A DNA stretch of 64,000 nt from an uncultured Chloroflexia bacterium (GCA_963720755.1 CAVRGP010000015.1:192001-256000); one strand, 5' to 3'; numbered from the stretch's first letter, positions 36,191 through 47,081 are shown. Notes: generated by a model from the sequence alone, not told the origin. Program-made: numbers and translations.

Positions 36191-36853
36191 ATGATCGTGG
36201 TCATCGGAACGCCCCGGGTACGTGACGACGATGGCATCGTCAGTGCGACCGGGACCGCAGCTCGCATCGCGCTGGCTGCCGCCGGGGCTGGGCGCCGCGT
36301 CCAGCTCGTGGGCAAGATCGGCGACGACCCGCTGGCCGACGCGCTCGTGATCGACCTGGCCCGCGGTGGGGTCGGTCACGTAGCCGTCCTCCGCGACGCG
36401 GGACGGTCGACCCCGATCCAGCGTTCCGATCTCGACGACGAAGCACCCGGTGGCGCGGATCACGACGACGCGACGAGCGACGCGGTCGACCCGTCCGTCG
36501 CCGATGGCCCCGTCCTCGACGCGGCCGACGTCGATCTGGGTCTGCGCTACCTGACCGACTTCCAGGTCGTCGTGCTGGCCGAGTCCGCACCACCTGACGT
36601 CATCTCGGTCGTGGCCGAGGCGGCGGAATGGGGCGACGCCCGGATGATCCTGGTCGTCGGTGCCGATGACGCGGTCCCGGGCGGGCTGCCGGCCGATGTC
36701 GTCGTGTTCGCAGCGCCTTCCTCGGACCCGGATGGCGTGTTCGCCACCCTCGTCGGCGTCTTCGCCGCCGCGCTCGATGACGGCACAGAACCGGAAGCGG
36801 CCTTTCGGGCCTCGATCGCCACCGACGGCTGGACCGACGCCGTGGCCGAGTGA
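36191..36853 (+). CDS. Hypothetical protein with PfkB/ribokinase-like N-terminus
   Basis: IALAAAGAG..VQLVGKIGDDPLAD...L...GV. Confidence 0.65.
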   Translation: MIVVIGTPRVRDDDGIVSATGTAARIALAAAGAGRRVQLVGKIGDDPLADALVIDLARGGVGHVAVLRDAGRSTPIQRSDLDDEAPGGADHDDATSDAVDPSVADGPVLDAADVDLGLRYLTDFQVVVLAESAPPDVISVVAEAAEWGDARMILVVGADDAVPGGLPADVVVFAAPSSDPDGVFATLVGVFAAALDDGTEPEAAFRASIATDGWTDAVAE

Positions 36854-36863
36854 CCCGCCGACC

Positions 36864-37532
36864 CTAGAACGGAACGATCAGCTCCGGCCCGTCGCGCCGG
36901 ACGTCGTTGACTGCCCGACTGACCGGATAGATATCGAGACTCACGGTCGAGTCCGGCACCAGCAGTCCGAGCAGTTCGGATCGGTCTCGTTCGCCCGTCT
37001 CCAACCAGCGGTCCCAGGCGTCCTCCGCGACGACCACCGGCATCCGGTCATGCAGATCGGCCAGCGCGTCATTCGGTGTCGTCGTGATGATGGTGAAGGT
37101 CCGTCGGACGATGTCGTCGGACGGATCGCGCCAGCCCGCCCACAGGCCCGCCAGTGCGAGCGGCCGCCCGTCGCGCTGCGCGACCCGGTACGGCTGGCGG
37201 ATCGTCCCCTCGCGCTTCCACTCGTAGAACGAGTCGACCGGGACCAGGCAGCGCTTGCGCGCGAAGGCATCGCGGAAGGCCGGACTCGTCGTGATCGTCT
37301 CTGCCCGGGCATTGAACATCCGGGAACCGACCTTGGCCTCTTTCGCCCAGTGCGGGATCAGACCCCAGCGATACGCGGTGACGGCGCGCCGGTCGTCGCG
37401 CTGCACCACGACGAGTGCGTCATCAGTCGGCGCGACGTTGTAGTGGTGACCGGGGTCGTCCACGAGCGGCTCGGCGCCGAAGATCTCGGCCAACTCGGAC
37501 GCGGGCCGCTCCTGGGTGAACCGTCCGCACAT
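36864..37532 (-). CDS. SOS response-associated peptidase (SRAP/YedK/HMCES family)
   Basis: MCGRF N-terminus, YNVAPT, WGLIP, NARAET, FYEW, HDRMPV. Confidence 0.95.
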   Translation of the reverse strand: MCGRFTQERPASELAEIFGAEPLVDDPGHHYNVAPTDDALVVVQRDDRRAVTAYRWGLIPHWAKEAKVGSRMFNARAETITTSPAFRDAFARKRCLVPVDSFYEWKREGTIRQPYRVAQRDGRPLALAGLWAGWRDPSDDIVRRTFTIITTTPNDALADLHDRMPVVVAEDAWDRWLETGERDRSELLGLLVPDSTVSLDIYPVSRAVNDVRRDGPELIVPF

Positions 37533-37558
37533 GCGACCAGTCTAGTATCGTCCGGACG

Positions 37559-38812
37559 ATGGACGATCCGCCGCGCCCCGGGGCACCCGATCTACGCTCG
37601 ACTGGACCCCTGTCGCGCGATGAGGCGCTCGCGCTCGTCACTCGGGGCGATGAGTTGCTGGCGTCGGGCGACTATGCAGAGGCCGGCCAGCATTTCTCTC
37701 GAGTCGTCGGGTTCGACGATGCGGCCATCACCGCCTCCGCACTGCTCGGCCTCGGCGAGGCGCACTACCGACTGAACGATGAGGTCGGGGCCGTCCAGAC
37801 CTGGGCGGCGATCCTCAAGCTGCCAGACACACCGTCGACGTATCGAGCGTGGCGAAACCTCGCGGCGGCGCGGGTCCGCGATGGCGATCTCCCTGGCGCC
37901 ATCGATGCCTATCGAGAGGCGGACCGGCTGGCGCCCGATGCCGATAAGGCGGAGATCGCCAACCGCCTTGGGTGGCTTGCGAAGGAGACGGGCAATACTC
38001 GCGCCGCGAAGCGGTACTTCGCGAGGGGTCGTGGTGACGGGCCCCGGGTGCCGCTGACCCTGCTCATCATCGCCATCACGTCGATCGTCTCGCTGACGGC
38101 GCTCTTCGCCACTGAGGGCCAGGCGATCTACGACCTCCTCCAGCTCGACAAGCCGGCCGTCGCAGCGGGTGAGTACTGGCGATTGTGGAGCGTGACCCTC
38201 CTGCACGGCGACCTGCTCCACCTGGGCTTCAACATGTATGCCCTCTACCTCGCGGGAACGATCGTCGAGCGGTGGTACGGCTCGATCCGGTTCCTGATCT
38301 TCTACCTGGCCTGCGCCGCGGCCGGCTCGACGGCGAGTTTCGTGTTCGGCGGCGACATCCCGTCGGTCGGGGCGTCGGGGGCGATCTTCGGGTTGTTCGG
38401 GATCCTGCTGACGGCCAGCTGGCTGCACCATCCGGTCGATCGGCAGGCGCGCGGGCTGATGAACCAGCTGGTCTTCCTGGTCATCCTCAACCTCTTCCTC
38501 GGTTTCTCGTCGGGCGGGTCCATCGATAACGCCGCCCACGTGGGTGGTCTCGTGGCGGGGCTTTGGTTCGGCGCGCTGATCCCTCCGAGCGGGGTGCCGA
38601 CGCTGTCGTCGCTCTGGAACCGGCCGGGGGTGGCGAGGACCGGCGCCGGCACGGCGAAGACCCCGTTCTACGTCGTCGCCCTCGGGGTGGTGGTGGTCGC
38701 TGTCGTCGTGGTCATCGGCCTTGCCGTCGGAACCAACGATCGGGTGACGGCGACGGAGCGCGATCCGACGCTCGTCCCGGCGGTCGTCTACAGCTCGCCG
38801 AAGACGACCTGA
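37559..38812 (+). CDS. Rhomboid intramembrane serine protease with N-terminal TPRs
   Basis: TPR helices; EYWRL, LHLGFNM, GASGAIFG, AHVGG. Confidence 0.92.
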   Translation: MDDPPRPGAPDLRSTGPLSRDEALALVTRGDELLASGDYAEAGQHFSRVVGFDDAAITASALLGLGEAHYRLNDEVGAVQTWAAILKLPDTPSTYRAWRNLAAARVRDGDLPGAIDAYREADRLAPDADKAEIANRLGWLAKETGNTRAAKRYFARGRGDGPRVPLTLLIIAITSIVSLTALFATEGQAIYDLLQLDKPAVAAGEYWRLWSVTLLHGDLLHLGFNMYALYLAGTIVERWYGSIRFLIFYLACAAAGSTASFVFGGDIPSVGASGAIFGLFGILLTASWLHHPVDRQARGLMNQLVFLVILNLFLGFSSGGSIDNAAHVGGLVAGLWFGALIPPSGVPTLSSLWNRPGVARTGAGTAKTPFYVVALGVVVVAVVVVIGLAVGTNDRVTATERDPTLVPAVVYSSPKTT

Positions 38813-39549
38813 GGTCCCGGCTCACCGGTCGCCCCGCCGATCGGCTCGAGCGTGACCATCGCGGCCGTGCTGCCGGCGAGATCCACGCCGAATGGCGCCA
38901 GGAACGGTCCCGTTCCGGAATACCTGAACGTGGCCAGGGCATGGACACCCTGGGCGTCCGCATTCCATAGCTGGTAGACCATCCCGTCCGGCGTTGCCGG
39001 CAGGTGATCGGCCATCAGGAAGGCCTCGTCCGTGCCGGGGTGATAGACGATCATCGCGTCCGCGCTGGGCGCCGCCGGCTCGGCCGACAGACTCGCCGTC
39101 CGATGCGCCGGGTCGAGGATGACCGACATCGCCGCCGCCTGCGTCCGTAGCTGGTCGCTCGCGACGGCCGCGTCGTCGGTCAACTGGACCGTTCGAGCGG
39201 CGAGGCCCGCGGTCACGACGGCAAGGACGGCGGCGACCGCCAGCGCGGCCCAGGTCGGACGCATCCTGACCGGCGCGCGACGCTGCTCGATCCGCGCAGG
39301 TGTCAGCACAGGATCGGGCACGGCCTGGACGCGCGGCAACGCTCGCAAGGTCGCGCCGAGGAGGATGTCCGGAGGTGTCCGCTCGGGCGTCGTGAGAGCG
39401 AGGTCGGCGAGGACGTCATCGAGCGACACGGCCAGTTCGGCACACGAGGTGCATCCCTGGGCGTGCCGGTCGAAGACGCGTCGCTCCGAGGCATCGAGAT
39501 CGTCGAGCGCGGCTCCGGCCGCTAGTCGACGGAAGGTTGCGTGGTCCAT
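38788..39549 (-). CDS. Anti-sigma factor, RskA-like with zinc-finger N-terminus
   Basis: HAQGCTSC (HxxxCxxC), TM, VYQLW, MVTLEP.GG...P. Confidence 0.88.
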   Translation of the reverse strand: MDHATFRRLAAGAALDDLDASERRVFDRHAQGCTSCAELAVSLDDVLADLALTTPERTPPDILLGATLRALPRVQAVPDPVLTPARIEQRRAPVRMRPTWAALAVAAVLAVVTAGLAARTVQLTDDAAVASDQLRTQAAAMSVILDPAHRTASLSAEPAAPSADAMIVYHPGTDEAFLMADHLPATPDGMVYQLWNADAQGVHALATFRYSGTGPFLAPFGVDLAGSTAAMVTLEPIGGATGEPGPQVVFGEL

Positions 39550-40301
39550 CGGGTCGCTCCATCAGCGACATCCTCGTCCTCCGAGACCGTGGTCCCGAGG
39601 ACATCGCGGAGCCGGAGCAGGGCGCTCCGGATCCGGGTCTTGGCGGTGCCCAGCGGGATCCCGAGCTGGTCCGCGACCTCGACGTGGGTCAGGCCCCCGA
39701 AGAACGCCAGTTCGAGCGCGGTCCGCTGCGTGTCGCTCAGCTCGGCGACGGCAGCTCGGACGCGATCGCGGCGCAGATTCCGCCAGGCCTCAAGGTCGAC
39801 GTCGTCGCCCGCGACCTCCAGCTCGAGGTCCACGTCGGCCGTCCGCTTCCGGACATTCGCCTCACGACGGACGAGATCGATCGCCTTGTGGCGGGCCAGG
39901 CTGAACAGCCACGGACCGACCGACCCCCGCGTCGGGTCGAACCGGGCGGCGTCCTTCCAGACCGCGATGAACACTTCCTGAACGACGTCCTGGGCGAAGC
40001 GATCGGCTCCCGTGACCCGATAGGCGAGCGAATACAGGGGACCGCTGTATCGGGCGTAGAGCGCCTCGACCGCTCGTTCGTCGCGATCGACGATCCGAGC
40101 GAGCAGGTCAGCTTCCTCAGCCCGCCGGGCGTCCTTTTCAGCCTGGATCGGGTCGATCGGATCGTCGCTCCTGGGCAGTGCGCTCGCCTCCGCCTTGGGC
40201 CGCGCGGTCGCGGCGGGGTTGCCACCGATCGAGGTGACTCGCGAGTCTCGATGATACCCGCGAGCAGGGGTGCCGAGAGCCGGGAACAGGATCGCCGGCA
40301 T
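39522..40301 (-). CDS. ECF sigma factor (SigK-like)
   Basis: LYARYS, AQDVVQEVF..VW, FDPTRGS..WL, LAFFGGLTH, PLGTAKTRIR; start uncertain. Confidence 0.9.
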   Translation of the reverse strand: MPAILFPALGTPARGYHRDSRVTSIGGNPAATARPKAEASALPRSDDPIDPIQAEKDARRAEEADLLARIVDRDERAVEALYARYSGPLYSLAYRVTGADRFAQDVVQEVFIAVWKDAARFDPTRGSVGPWLFSLARHKAIDLVRREANVRKRTADVDLELEVAGDDVDLEAWRNLRRDRVRAAVAELSDTQRTALELAFFGGLTHVEVADQLGIPLGTAKTRIRSALLRLRDVLGTTVSEDEDVADGATRWTTQPSVD

Positions 40302-40372
40302 CGCAGAAGTGTCCACGACTGGTGTTCGTCCGCCGCCGCCGCCCGGATTGGCGGATGCGAGCGATCGCTTGC

Positions 40373-42166
40373 TCAGGCGGTCGGCTCCTCGGGTTCCGGA
40401 TCGCCGTCCAGGGCCGTGGCGAGCTGTCGGAGCGGCGTCGCGGCGGCGATGTCGACCGACAGGTAGCACTGGTCTTCGCCGATGAGCGACATCAGCCCAG
40501 ATCGGCGCATCCGATCTCGAACCGAACCGCGGACTTGCGCCAGGCGCAGTTCGATCGCCCGGTTCCGAAGGTCCGAGTACAACAGGGTGAGCATGTCGAT
40601 CGTTGCCACATCCAGGTCGGCCGTCGCGGAGATGTCGAGGATGACGGCCCGTGGCGCCGATGCCCGCCCGGCGATCAATGCCGTGATCTGATCCTTGGCG
40701 ACGTCGGCGTTGACGAACGTGAGCGGCACATTGGGACGCAGGATGAGGAGATGCGGGACCGGCTCGGCGGAGGTGTGGCGATCCGTGTCGCCGAACACCG
40801 GTGGATCGCCCGGGATCCGACCGAGCGTCGCGATGTACGGTCGGCTGGCCTGGTACAGGATGGCCAGCAGGGACAGGGCCACCGCGATCGCCATCCCGGT
40901 CAGCGCCGTCGTGAACACGACACCAGCGAGCGCGGTCATCGCCAGCAGGAAGTCGGTTCGCCGCCAGGCGAAGTAGCGCCGCAGCTGGCCGAGGTCCACC
41001 AGGCCCAGGACGGAGCTGATGACGATGGCCGACAGGACCGCCATCGGCAGGTTCTTGAAGAGCGGCGCCAGGAAGATCGAGGTGGCCAGGACGAGACCGG
41101 CGGTGAACAGGGACGATACCTGGGTCCGGTTGCCGGACGCCTCGCCGGTCGCCGACTGGCTGAAGCTCGCGTCCACGACAAAGCCGCCGAACAGACCGGC
41201 GCCGAAGTTCGATGCTCCGAGGGCGATCAGTTCCTGGTCCGGGTCGATCTCGTAGTCGTGCCTGGCCGCGAACGACCGGGCCGCCCCGATCGACTCGGCG
41301 ATCGCCAGGAAGACGATCCCGAAGGCTCCGGTCACGACCAGGACGAGATCGCCGAACGCGATCCGCGGCATGGTCGGGAGCGGGACGCCGGTCGCGACCT
41401 CCCCGACCACCGCGACGCCGTAGCCTGCGAGGTCGAACGCCGTCGACAGGCCGATGCCGACGAGCAGGGCGACGAGCGCCCCCGGGATCCGAGGGGCGAT
41501 CCGCTTGAGGATCAGGATGCCGACCAACGATCCCACGCCGAGCATCGCGGTGTACGGCACGGTATCGGTGAGCTCGAAGATCAGCGCGATCAGGCGTTCG
41601 GGGACGGTCCCGTCCACTGTTGGGATGCCCAGCAGCCCGGGCAGCTGGCCGAGGGTGATGGTGACCGCCAGGCCGATCACGAACCCGGTGACCACCGATG
41701 CGGCCAGGAATTGGGACAGGAAGCCCAGGCGCAGGGCTCCGGCCACGATGAGGATGATCCCGACCGTCAGCGCCAAGGCGGCGCTGAGCGCGACATAGGT
41801 CGCCATATCGGCCGATCCGGCGCCGGCCCCGATGACCGAGGCGGACAGGATCGCCACCGACGAACTGGCAGTGACCTTGACGTGGCGCGACGTCCCGAAC
41901 ACGGCGTAGGCGGCAAGCGCCGCGAACGCCGTGACCAGGCCCAGTTCGGGCGGGACCCCGGCCAGGCCCGCATAGGCCATGGCGACCGGGACCATGACGC
42001 CCCAGCTGACGAGACCGGAGATCAGGTCGAAGCGCAGGTCGGCCCGGTCGTAGCGCGGGAGCCAGCCCAGGATCGGCACATAGTGGGTGATGGCTTCGCG
42101 CACGGCCGACGCCTCGTGCGGTCGAGTCGGTCGCGGTTCGGGCGTTTCGATCGGGGTCTCGCTCAT
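40373..42166 (-). CDS. SulP family anion transporter with STAS domain
   Basis: DLISG..., PVAMAYAGLAGVPP, FGTSR, QELIALG, C-terminal STAS (LTFVNA, ILDIS...DLD). Confidence 0.93.
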   Translation of the reverse strand: MSETPIETPEPRPTRPHEASAVREAITHYVPILGWLPRYDRADLRFDLISGLVSWGVMVPVAMAYAGLAGVPPELGLVTAFAALAAYAVFGTSRHVKVTASSSVAILSASVIGAGAGSADMATYVALSAALALTVGIILIVAGALRLGFLSQFLAASVVTGFVIGLAVTITLGQLPGLLGIPTVDGTVPERLIALIFELTDTVPYTAMLGVGSLVGILILKRIAPRIPGALVALLVGIGLSTAFDLAGYGVAVVGEVATGVPLPTMPRIAFGDLVLVVTGAFGIVFLAIAESIGAARSFAARHDYEIDPDQELIALGASNFGAGLFGGFVVDASFSQSATGEASGNRTQVSSLFTAGLVLATSIFLAPLFKNLPMAVLSAIVISSVLGLVDLGQLRRYFAWRRTDFLLAMTALAGVVFTTALTGMAIAVALSLLAILYQASRPYIATLGRIPGDPPVFGDTDRHTSAEPVPHLLILRPNVPLTFVNADVAKDQITALIAGRASAPRAVILDISATADLDVATIDMLTLLYSDLRNRAIELRLAQVRGSVRDRMRRSGLMSLIGEDQCYLSVDIAAATPLRQLATALDGDPEPEEPTA

Positions 42167-42321
42167 GCGCCGCAGGCGCGGCGGAGGCTGTCCGGCCGAT
42201 CCGCCATCGTCGCGGGCTGCAGCATGCGGGTCATCCACTCCCCGTCGATCAGGACCCCCATGCCGGGAGTCGCGAGGCCGCCATCCTACCAACCGCCTGC
42301 CGGGCCGAGTACGCTGCGTCG

Positions 42322-43242
42322 GTGTTCGCCACGCTGCTCGGGGCGCTGCCTCGGCCACCGGTCCCGGAAGACGCCCCGATCGACGCGATCGTCGAGGCCG
42401 TCGTCGCCGCCCAGGACGCAGCCGGACTGGAGCCCATCACCGACGGTGGCTTCCGCGACGGAGCCGATCCGGTCGGGGCGTGGCGATCGACGTCGAGCTC
42501 GACCGACCGGATGGTCAAGCAGGTCCTGACGGGTCCGTACACCTTCGGCCGGTCGCCGTCCGGGGCCGTCGCGAAACCCGCGGACCGTGCAGGTGTCACC
42601 CTGGCGCGGGCGTCCGCATTGCATGGTGTCATCCGCGACCTCGCCGACGCGGGCTGCGTGCTGGTCGAGATCCACGAACCGGCGGCGACGTCGATCGGAG
42701 AGGATCCAGATGAGCGGGCGCTCTTCCGCGAGGCCCATGAACGCATGGCCCGGGATCTGGACGGGGTCCACCTGTCACTCGCGATCACCGGCGGGGACGC
42801 GGACGTCGCGGGCGTCGACACGCTCCTTGCGGCGCCCTATGCGAGCCTGGCGGTCGACCTCATCGCCGGTCCGGAGAACTGGCGACTCGTCGTCGCGACG
42901 CCGCAGCAAGTCGGCATCGTGTGCGGAGCCATGTCCGCGGCCGACGACAGCTTCGACGGACCGGAGGTCCTGCTCTGGGCCGCCGGCTACGCGGCGTCCA
43001 CGAAGGGCCGCGGGCCGCTCAGGGTCGGCCTCGCCACCGCGTCCTCACTGGCCCACCTCCCGTGGGCGGTCGCGGCTCGCAAGCTCGAGCGCCTCGGGGA
43101 GGCCGCGCGACTTGCCGAGCTGCCGGTCGACGAACGCAACGCCCGGCTGGATCCGCGAGCCGTCAGCATCCGGAGCGCCGCGCTCGGGCGGGTCGGGCCG
43201 GCGCGACCGAACCGTCCGGTCAAGGATCACGACGCGACTTGA
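42322..43242 (+). CDS. MetE-like (cobalamin-independent methionine synthase) single-barrel protein, Zn ligands not evident
   Basis: [52 protein letters not shown]. Confidence 0.65.
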   Translation: MFATLLGALPRPPVPEDAPIDAIVEAVVAAQDAAGLEPITDGGFRDGADPVGAWRSTSSSTDRMVKQVLTGPYTFGRSPSGAVAKPADRAGVTLARASALHGVIRDLADAGCVLVEIHEPAATSIGEDPDERALFREAHERMARDLDGVHLSLAITGGDADVAGVDTLLAAPYASLAVDLIAGPENWRLVVATPQQVGIVCGAMSAADDSFDGPEVLLWAAGYAASTKGRGPLRVGLATASSLAHLPWAVAARKLERLGEAARLAELPVDERNARLDPRAVSIRSAALGRVGPARPNRPVKDHDAT

Positions 43243-43328
43243 TTCCGTGGCCCGGCGGTGCCACCATCGGGCAACCTCTCCACCGTCCTCGACTCGGCCA
43301 CCGGATTCGTCGAAGGAGGTTCTCGTCC

Positions 43329-43817
43329 GTGAGCGAACACATCGCGTTCGTCGTCAATGGGACACCCCGCGAGCTCGATGTCGAGCCGAGACGGATGCTC
43401 GTCCAGGCCCTCCGTGAGGACCTCGACCTGACCGGGACCCACATCGGTTGCGACACGAGTCAGTGCGGCGCCTGCACCGTCCATGTCGACGGCCGGCCGA
43501 TCAAGTCGTGCACGATGCTCGCGGTCCAGGCCGACGGCGCCGAGGTGCTGACCATCGAAGGTCTGGCCGACGGCGAGACCCTCCATCCGATGCAGAACGC
43601 GTTCTGGGAGAAACATGGCCTGCAGTGCGGATTCTGCACGCCGGGCATGATCATGACCGCGGTCGACCTGCTCGATCGGAACCCGGACCCGACCGACGAC
43701 GAGATCCGCCACGCGATCGAAGGAAACTTCTGTCGCTGCACGGGCTACCAGAACATCGTCGCGGCCATCCGCCACGCCGCCGAGACCATCCGGTCCGGCG
43801 CGGCTGCCAGCGCATAG
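43329..43817 (+). CDS. coxS: Molybdenum hydroxylase 2Fe-2S subunit (CoxS-like)
   Basis: [29 protein letters not shown]; AAGGAGGT RBS. Confidence 0.95.
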   Translation: MSEHIAFVVNGTPRELDVEPRRMLVQALREDLDLTGTHIGCDTSQCGACTVHVDGRPIKSCTMLAVQADGAEVLTIEGLADGETLHPMQNAFWEKHGLQCGFCTPGMIMTAVDLLDRNPDPTDDEIRHAIEGNFCRCTGYQNIVAAIRHAAETIRSGAAASA

Positions 43818-43833
43818 GGCGAGGAGGCACGAC

Positions 43834-46236
43834 ATGACCACCGACGTCCTGGGGGCCCGGGTCAAGCGAGTCGAGGATCCGCGCTTCATCACCGGCGAGG
43901 GCAACTACGTCGACGACATCAAGCTCGCGTCGATGGCCCACATGGCCATCCTGCGCAGCCCGTACGCGCACGCCAACATCCGTTCCATCGACATCTCGGC
44001 CGCCAAGAACATGCCGGGCGTGGCCGCGGTGTTCGTCGGCGCGGACATCCCGTACAACCCGCTGCCGATGGCCTGGCCGGCGGGCGGCAGTGCCGGGATC
44101 CAGAACAACATCAACATGCCTCGCGTGCTCGCGACCGACAGCGTCAAGTGGACCGGCGAAGGCGTTGCTGCGGTCGTCGCGGACACGGCGGCCCAGGCGT
44201 TCGACGCGCTCGAGGCCATCGTGGTCGACTACGAGCCCCTGCCAGCGGTCGTCGATGCGGAGAAGGCCATCGCGCCGGGGGCTCCACAGCTCCATGAGAA
44301 CGCCCCGAATAACGTCGTGTTCGAGTGGAGCGTCGGCGACAAGGCGGGGACGGACGCAGCGGTCGATGGCGCCGAGGTCGTGGTTCGCCAGCGGATCGTC
44401 AACCAGCGCCTGATCCCGAACCCGATGGAGACCCGCGGCGACATCGGCTGGTACAACCCGGGCACGGACGAGTACACGGTCTGGATGTCCAGCCAGACGC
44501 CACATATCCAGCGGTTGCTGCTCACCGCGTTCGTCACCGGGATCCCGGAACACAAGGTCCGCTGCATCGCCCCGGACGTCGGTGGAGCGTTCGGGACGAA
44601 GATCTTCTGCTACGCGGACATGGCCCTGACGATGTTCGCCAGCAAGGCCATCGGTGGGCGTCCGGTCAAGTGGGTCGAGAGCCGGCGCGAGAACTACCAG
44701 AGCACGATCCACGGCCGCGATCACATCACCTACCTGGAGATCGCCGGTACCCGCGAAGGCGAGATCACCGGGGTCCGGGTCAAGACCCTGGCCAATCTCG
44801 GTGGCCGCCTGTCGACGATCGGACCGGGCATCCCGACGACCCTCTACGCACGGGTCCTGAGCGGCTGCTACAAGATCCCGAACGTCTATGCGGAAGTGAC
44901 CGGCGTCTACACCAACACGACCTTCGTCGATGCCTACCGCGGCGCGGGTCGGCCGGAAGCGACCTACGTCATCGAGCGGGCGATGGACCTGTTCGCGGCG
45001 GAGATCGGGATGGACCGGGCCGAGATCCGGCGCCGGAACTTCATCGCCCCGGACAAGTTCCCGTACGAGAACCCCTCGGGCCTCGGGACGGCATCGGGTG
45101 GCGCCAAGATCTACATCGACTCCGGGAACTACGAACCGGCGATGGACAAGGCCCTCGAGATGGCGGGGTACGCCGGTCTGGAGGCAACGAAGGCCGAGGC
45201 GAAGACCCGCGGCAAGCTCCTCGGCGCCGGTCTGTCGACCTACCTCGAGGTCTGCGGGGTCGCCCCATCCAAGTGGATCGGAGCCGTCGGCGAAGGCTGG
45301 GGCGCTGCCATGTGGGAATCGGCCAACATCCGGGTCCACCTGACCGGCAAGGTCGTCGTGACCATGGGAACGTCGCCCCAGGGTCAGGGTCATGAGACGA
45401 CCTACGCGCAGGTCATGAGCCATGAACTGGGCGTGCCCATGGACGACATCGTCATCCAGCATTCGGACACCCAGGGGACCCCATTCGGCTACGGCTCCTA
45501 CGGCAGCAGAACGTCGTCGGTCGGGAGTACCGCGGCGATCAAGGCCGCCGTCAAGATCCGGGAGAAGGCACGACGGTACGCGGCCCACATGCTCGAGGCC
45601 TCGCCCGAGGACATCGAGATCGAGGGTGCGAACTACCGGGTCAAGGGCAGCCCCGACAAGGTGAAGACCCTCCAGGAGATCGCATTCGCGCTCGACCTCG
45701 CGTTCGATACCCCGGAGGGGATGGAGCCGTATCTCGACGAGACCGCTTACCACGACACCCCGAACTGCACCTGGCCGTTCGGGACTCACATCGCCATCGT
45801 CGAGATCGACGAGGAAACCGGACATGTGGAGCTCGTCCGGTATGTCGCGGTCGATGACGTGGGCAACAAGATCAACCCGATGATCGTCGATGGCCAGCTC
45901 CATGGTGGCATCGCCCAGGGCGTCGGCCAGGCGCTCTGGGAGGGGGCGATCTACGACGACCAGGGGCAGCTGCTCACGGGCTCGATGCTCGATTACGCGA
46001 TGCCCAGGGCGTCGTTCTTTCCGCATCTCGAGCTGGATGAGACGGTGACCCCGTCGCCGGTCAATCCGATCGGGGTGAAGGGCGTCGGCGAGGCCGGCGC
46101 GATCGCGAGCACGGCAGCCGTGGCCAATGCGGTCGTGGATGCGCTCAGTCCACTAGGCATCCGACACCTCGATATGCCCTACACACCACAGACCGTATGG
46201 CGCGCCATCCAGTCCGCGAAGGGAGGCCAGGCGTGA
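43834..46236 (+). CDS. coxL: Molybdenum hydroxylase large subunit, form II CoxL-like
   Basis: RVEDPRFITG, DVGGAFGTK, AYRGAGRPEA, QGQGHET, GQLHGG, KGVGEAG. Confidence 0.93.
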   Translation: MTTDVLGARVKRVEDPRFITGEGNYVDDIKLASMAHMAILRSPYAHANIRSIDISAAKNMPGVAAVFVGADIPYNPLPMAWPAGGSAGIQNNINMPRVLATDSVKWTGEGVAAVVADTAAQAFDALEAIVVDYEPLPAVVDAEKAIAPGAPQLHENAPNNVVFEWSVGDKAGTDAAVDGAEVVVRQRIVNQRLIPNPMETRGDIGWYNPGTDEYTVWMSSQTPHIQRLLLTAFVTGIPEHKVRCIAPDVGGAFGTKIFCYADMALTMFASKAIGGRPVKWVESRRENYQSTIHGRDHITYLEIAGTREGEITGVRVKTLANLGGRLSTIGPGIPTTLYARVLSGCYKIPNVYAEVTGVYTNTTFVDAYRGAGRPEATYVIERAMDLFAAEIGMDRAEIRRRNFIAPDKFPYENPSGLGTASGGAKIYIDSGNYEPAMDKALEMAGYAGLEATKAEAKTRGKLLGAGLSTYLEVCGVAPSKWIGAVGEGWGAAMWESANIRVHLTGKVVVTMGTSPQGQGHETTYAQVMSHELGVPMDDIVIQHSDTQGTPFGYGSYGSRTSSVGSTAAIKAAVKIREKARRYAAHMLEASPEDIEIEGANYRVKGSPDKVKTLQEIAFALDLAFDTPEGMEPYLDETAYHDTPNCTWPFGTHIAIVEIDEETGHVELVRYVAVDDVGNKINPMIVDGQLHGGIAQGVGQALWEGAIYDDQGQLLTGSMLDYAMPRASFFPHLELDETVTPSPVNPIGVKGVGEAGAIASTAAVANAVVDALSPLGIRHLDMPYTPQTVWRAIQSAKGGQA

Positions 46237-47081
46237 TCCCGGCAGCGTTCGACTACCAGCGGCCGTCGACGGTCGACGATGCGCTCAAGGCCCTGGCGGG
46301 CGCCGGGGACGGGGCCAAGGTCCTGGCCGGCGGCCAGAGCCTGCTCCCGCTCCTCAAGCTCCGGCTGGCGAGCGCGGACACGCTCATCGACATCGGTCGC
46401 CTGTCGGAATTGAAGGGCGCCGGTCCGACTCCTGACGGAGGGTTCGAGTTGGGGGCGCTGGCAACGTACGCCGAAGCCCTCGCGGCGTCGGCCGACGACT
46501 GGACCGCAGCGGGCATCGAGCAGATCGGCGACGTCCAGGTTCGCAACCGCGGGACCGTAGGTGGGTCGGTCGCTCATTGCGACCCGACCTCGGACCTGCC
46601 GGCGATGGGCCTCGCGCTCGACTACTCCATCGTCCTGCGTTCGGTCCGCGGCGAGCGGGTCGTGCCGATGGACGGATTCTTCGAGGGTCCGTTCCAGACT
46701 CGAATGGCTCCGGACGAGCTGGTCGTGGCGTTGCGTCGCGGCCCGCTTCCGCCCGGAGCCGCCGGTGCGTACCGGAAGCTGGCACAGCCGGCATCCGGCT
46801 ATGCGACGGTCGGGGTCGCGGCCGTGGTCGCGATGTCCGGTGGAGCGATCAGCCACGCTCGCGTGGCGTTGACCGGGGTGGGCGAGGCGCCCTACCGAGC
46901 CAAGGGGGTCGAGGACGCCCTCCTTGGGACGGATGGCTCGGCAACCGCGGTCGCGGCAGCGGCCGAGCACGCGATCGACGGACAGACCGTCAACAGCGAT
47001 ATCCATGCGGATCGCGAGTACCGGGGTCGGATGGCCGTCGTGTACACACGACGGGCGATCGAGGGTGCGCTCGGGCGCTAG
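46233..47081 (+). CDS. coxM: Molybdenum hydroxylase FAD subunit (CoxM-like)
   Basis: IPAAFDY, LAGGQSLLP, QVRNRGTVGGS. Confidence 0.93.
   Translation: MIPAAFDYQRPSTVDDALKALAGAGDGAKVLAGGQSLLPLLKLRLASADTLIDIGRLSELKGAGPTPDGGFELGALATYAEALAASADDWTAAGIEQIGDVQVRNRGTVGGSVAHCDPTSDLPAMGLALDYSIVLRSVRGERVVPMDGFFEGPFQTRMAPDELVVALRRGPLPPGAAGAYRKLAQPASGYATVGVAAVVAMSGGAISHARVALTGVGEAPYRAKGVEDALLGTDGSATAVAAAAEHAIDGQTVNSDIHADREYRGRMAVVYTRRAIEGALGR

Noticed and set aside
43834-46236. Bona fide aerobic CO dehydrogenase (form I)
   Set aside because: The active-site loop is AYRGAGR rather than AYXCSFR, and gene order is S-L-M
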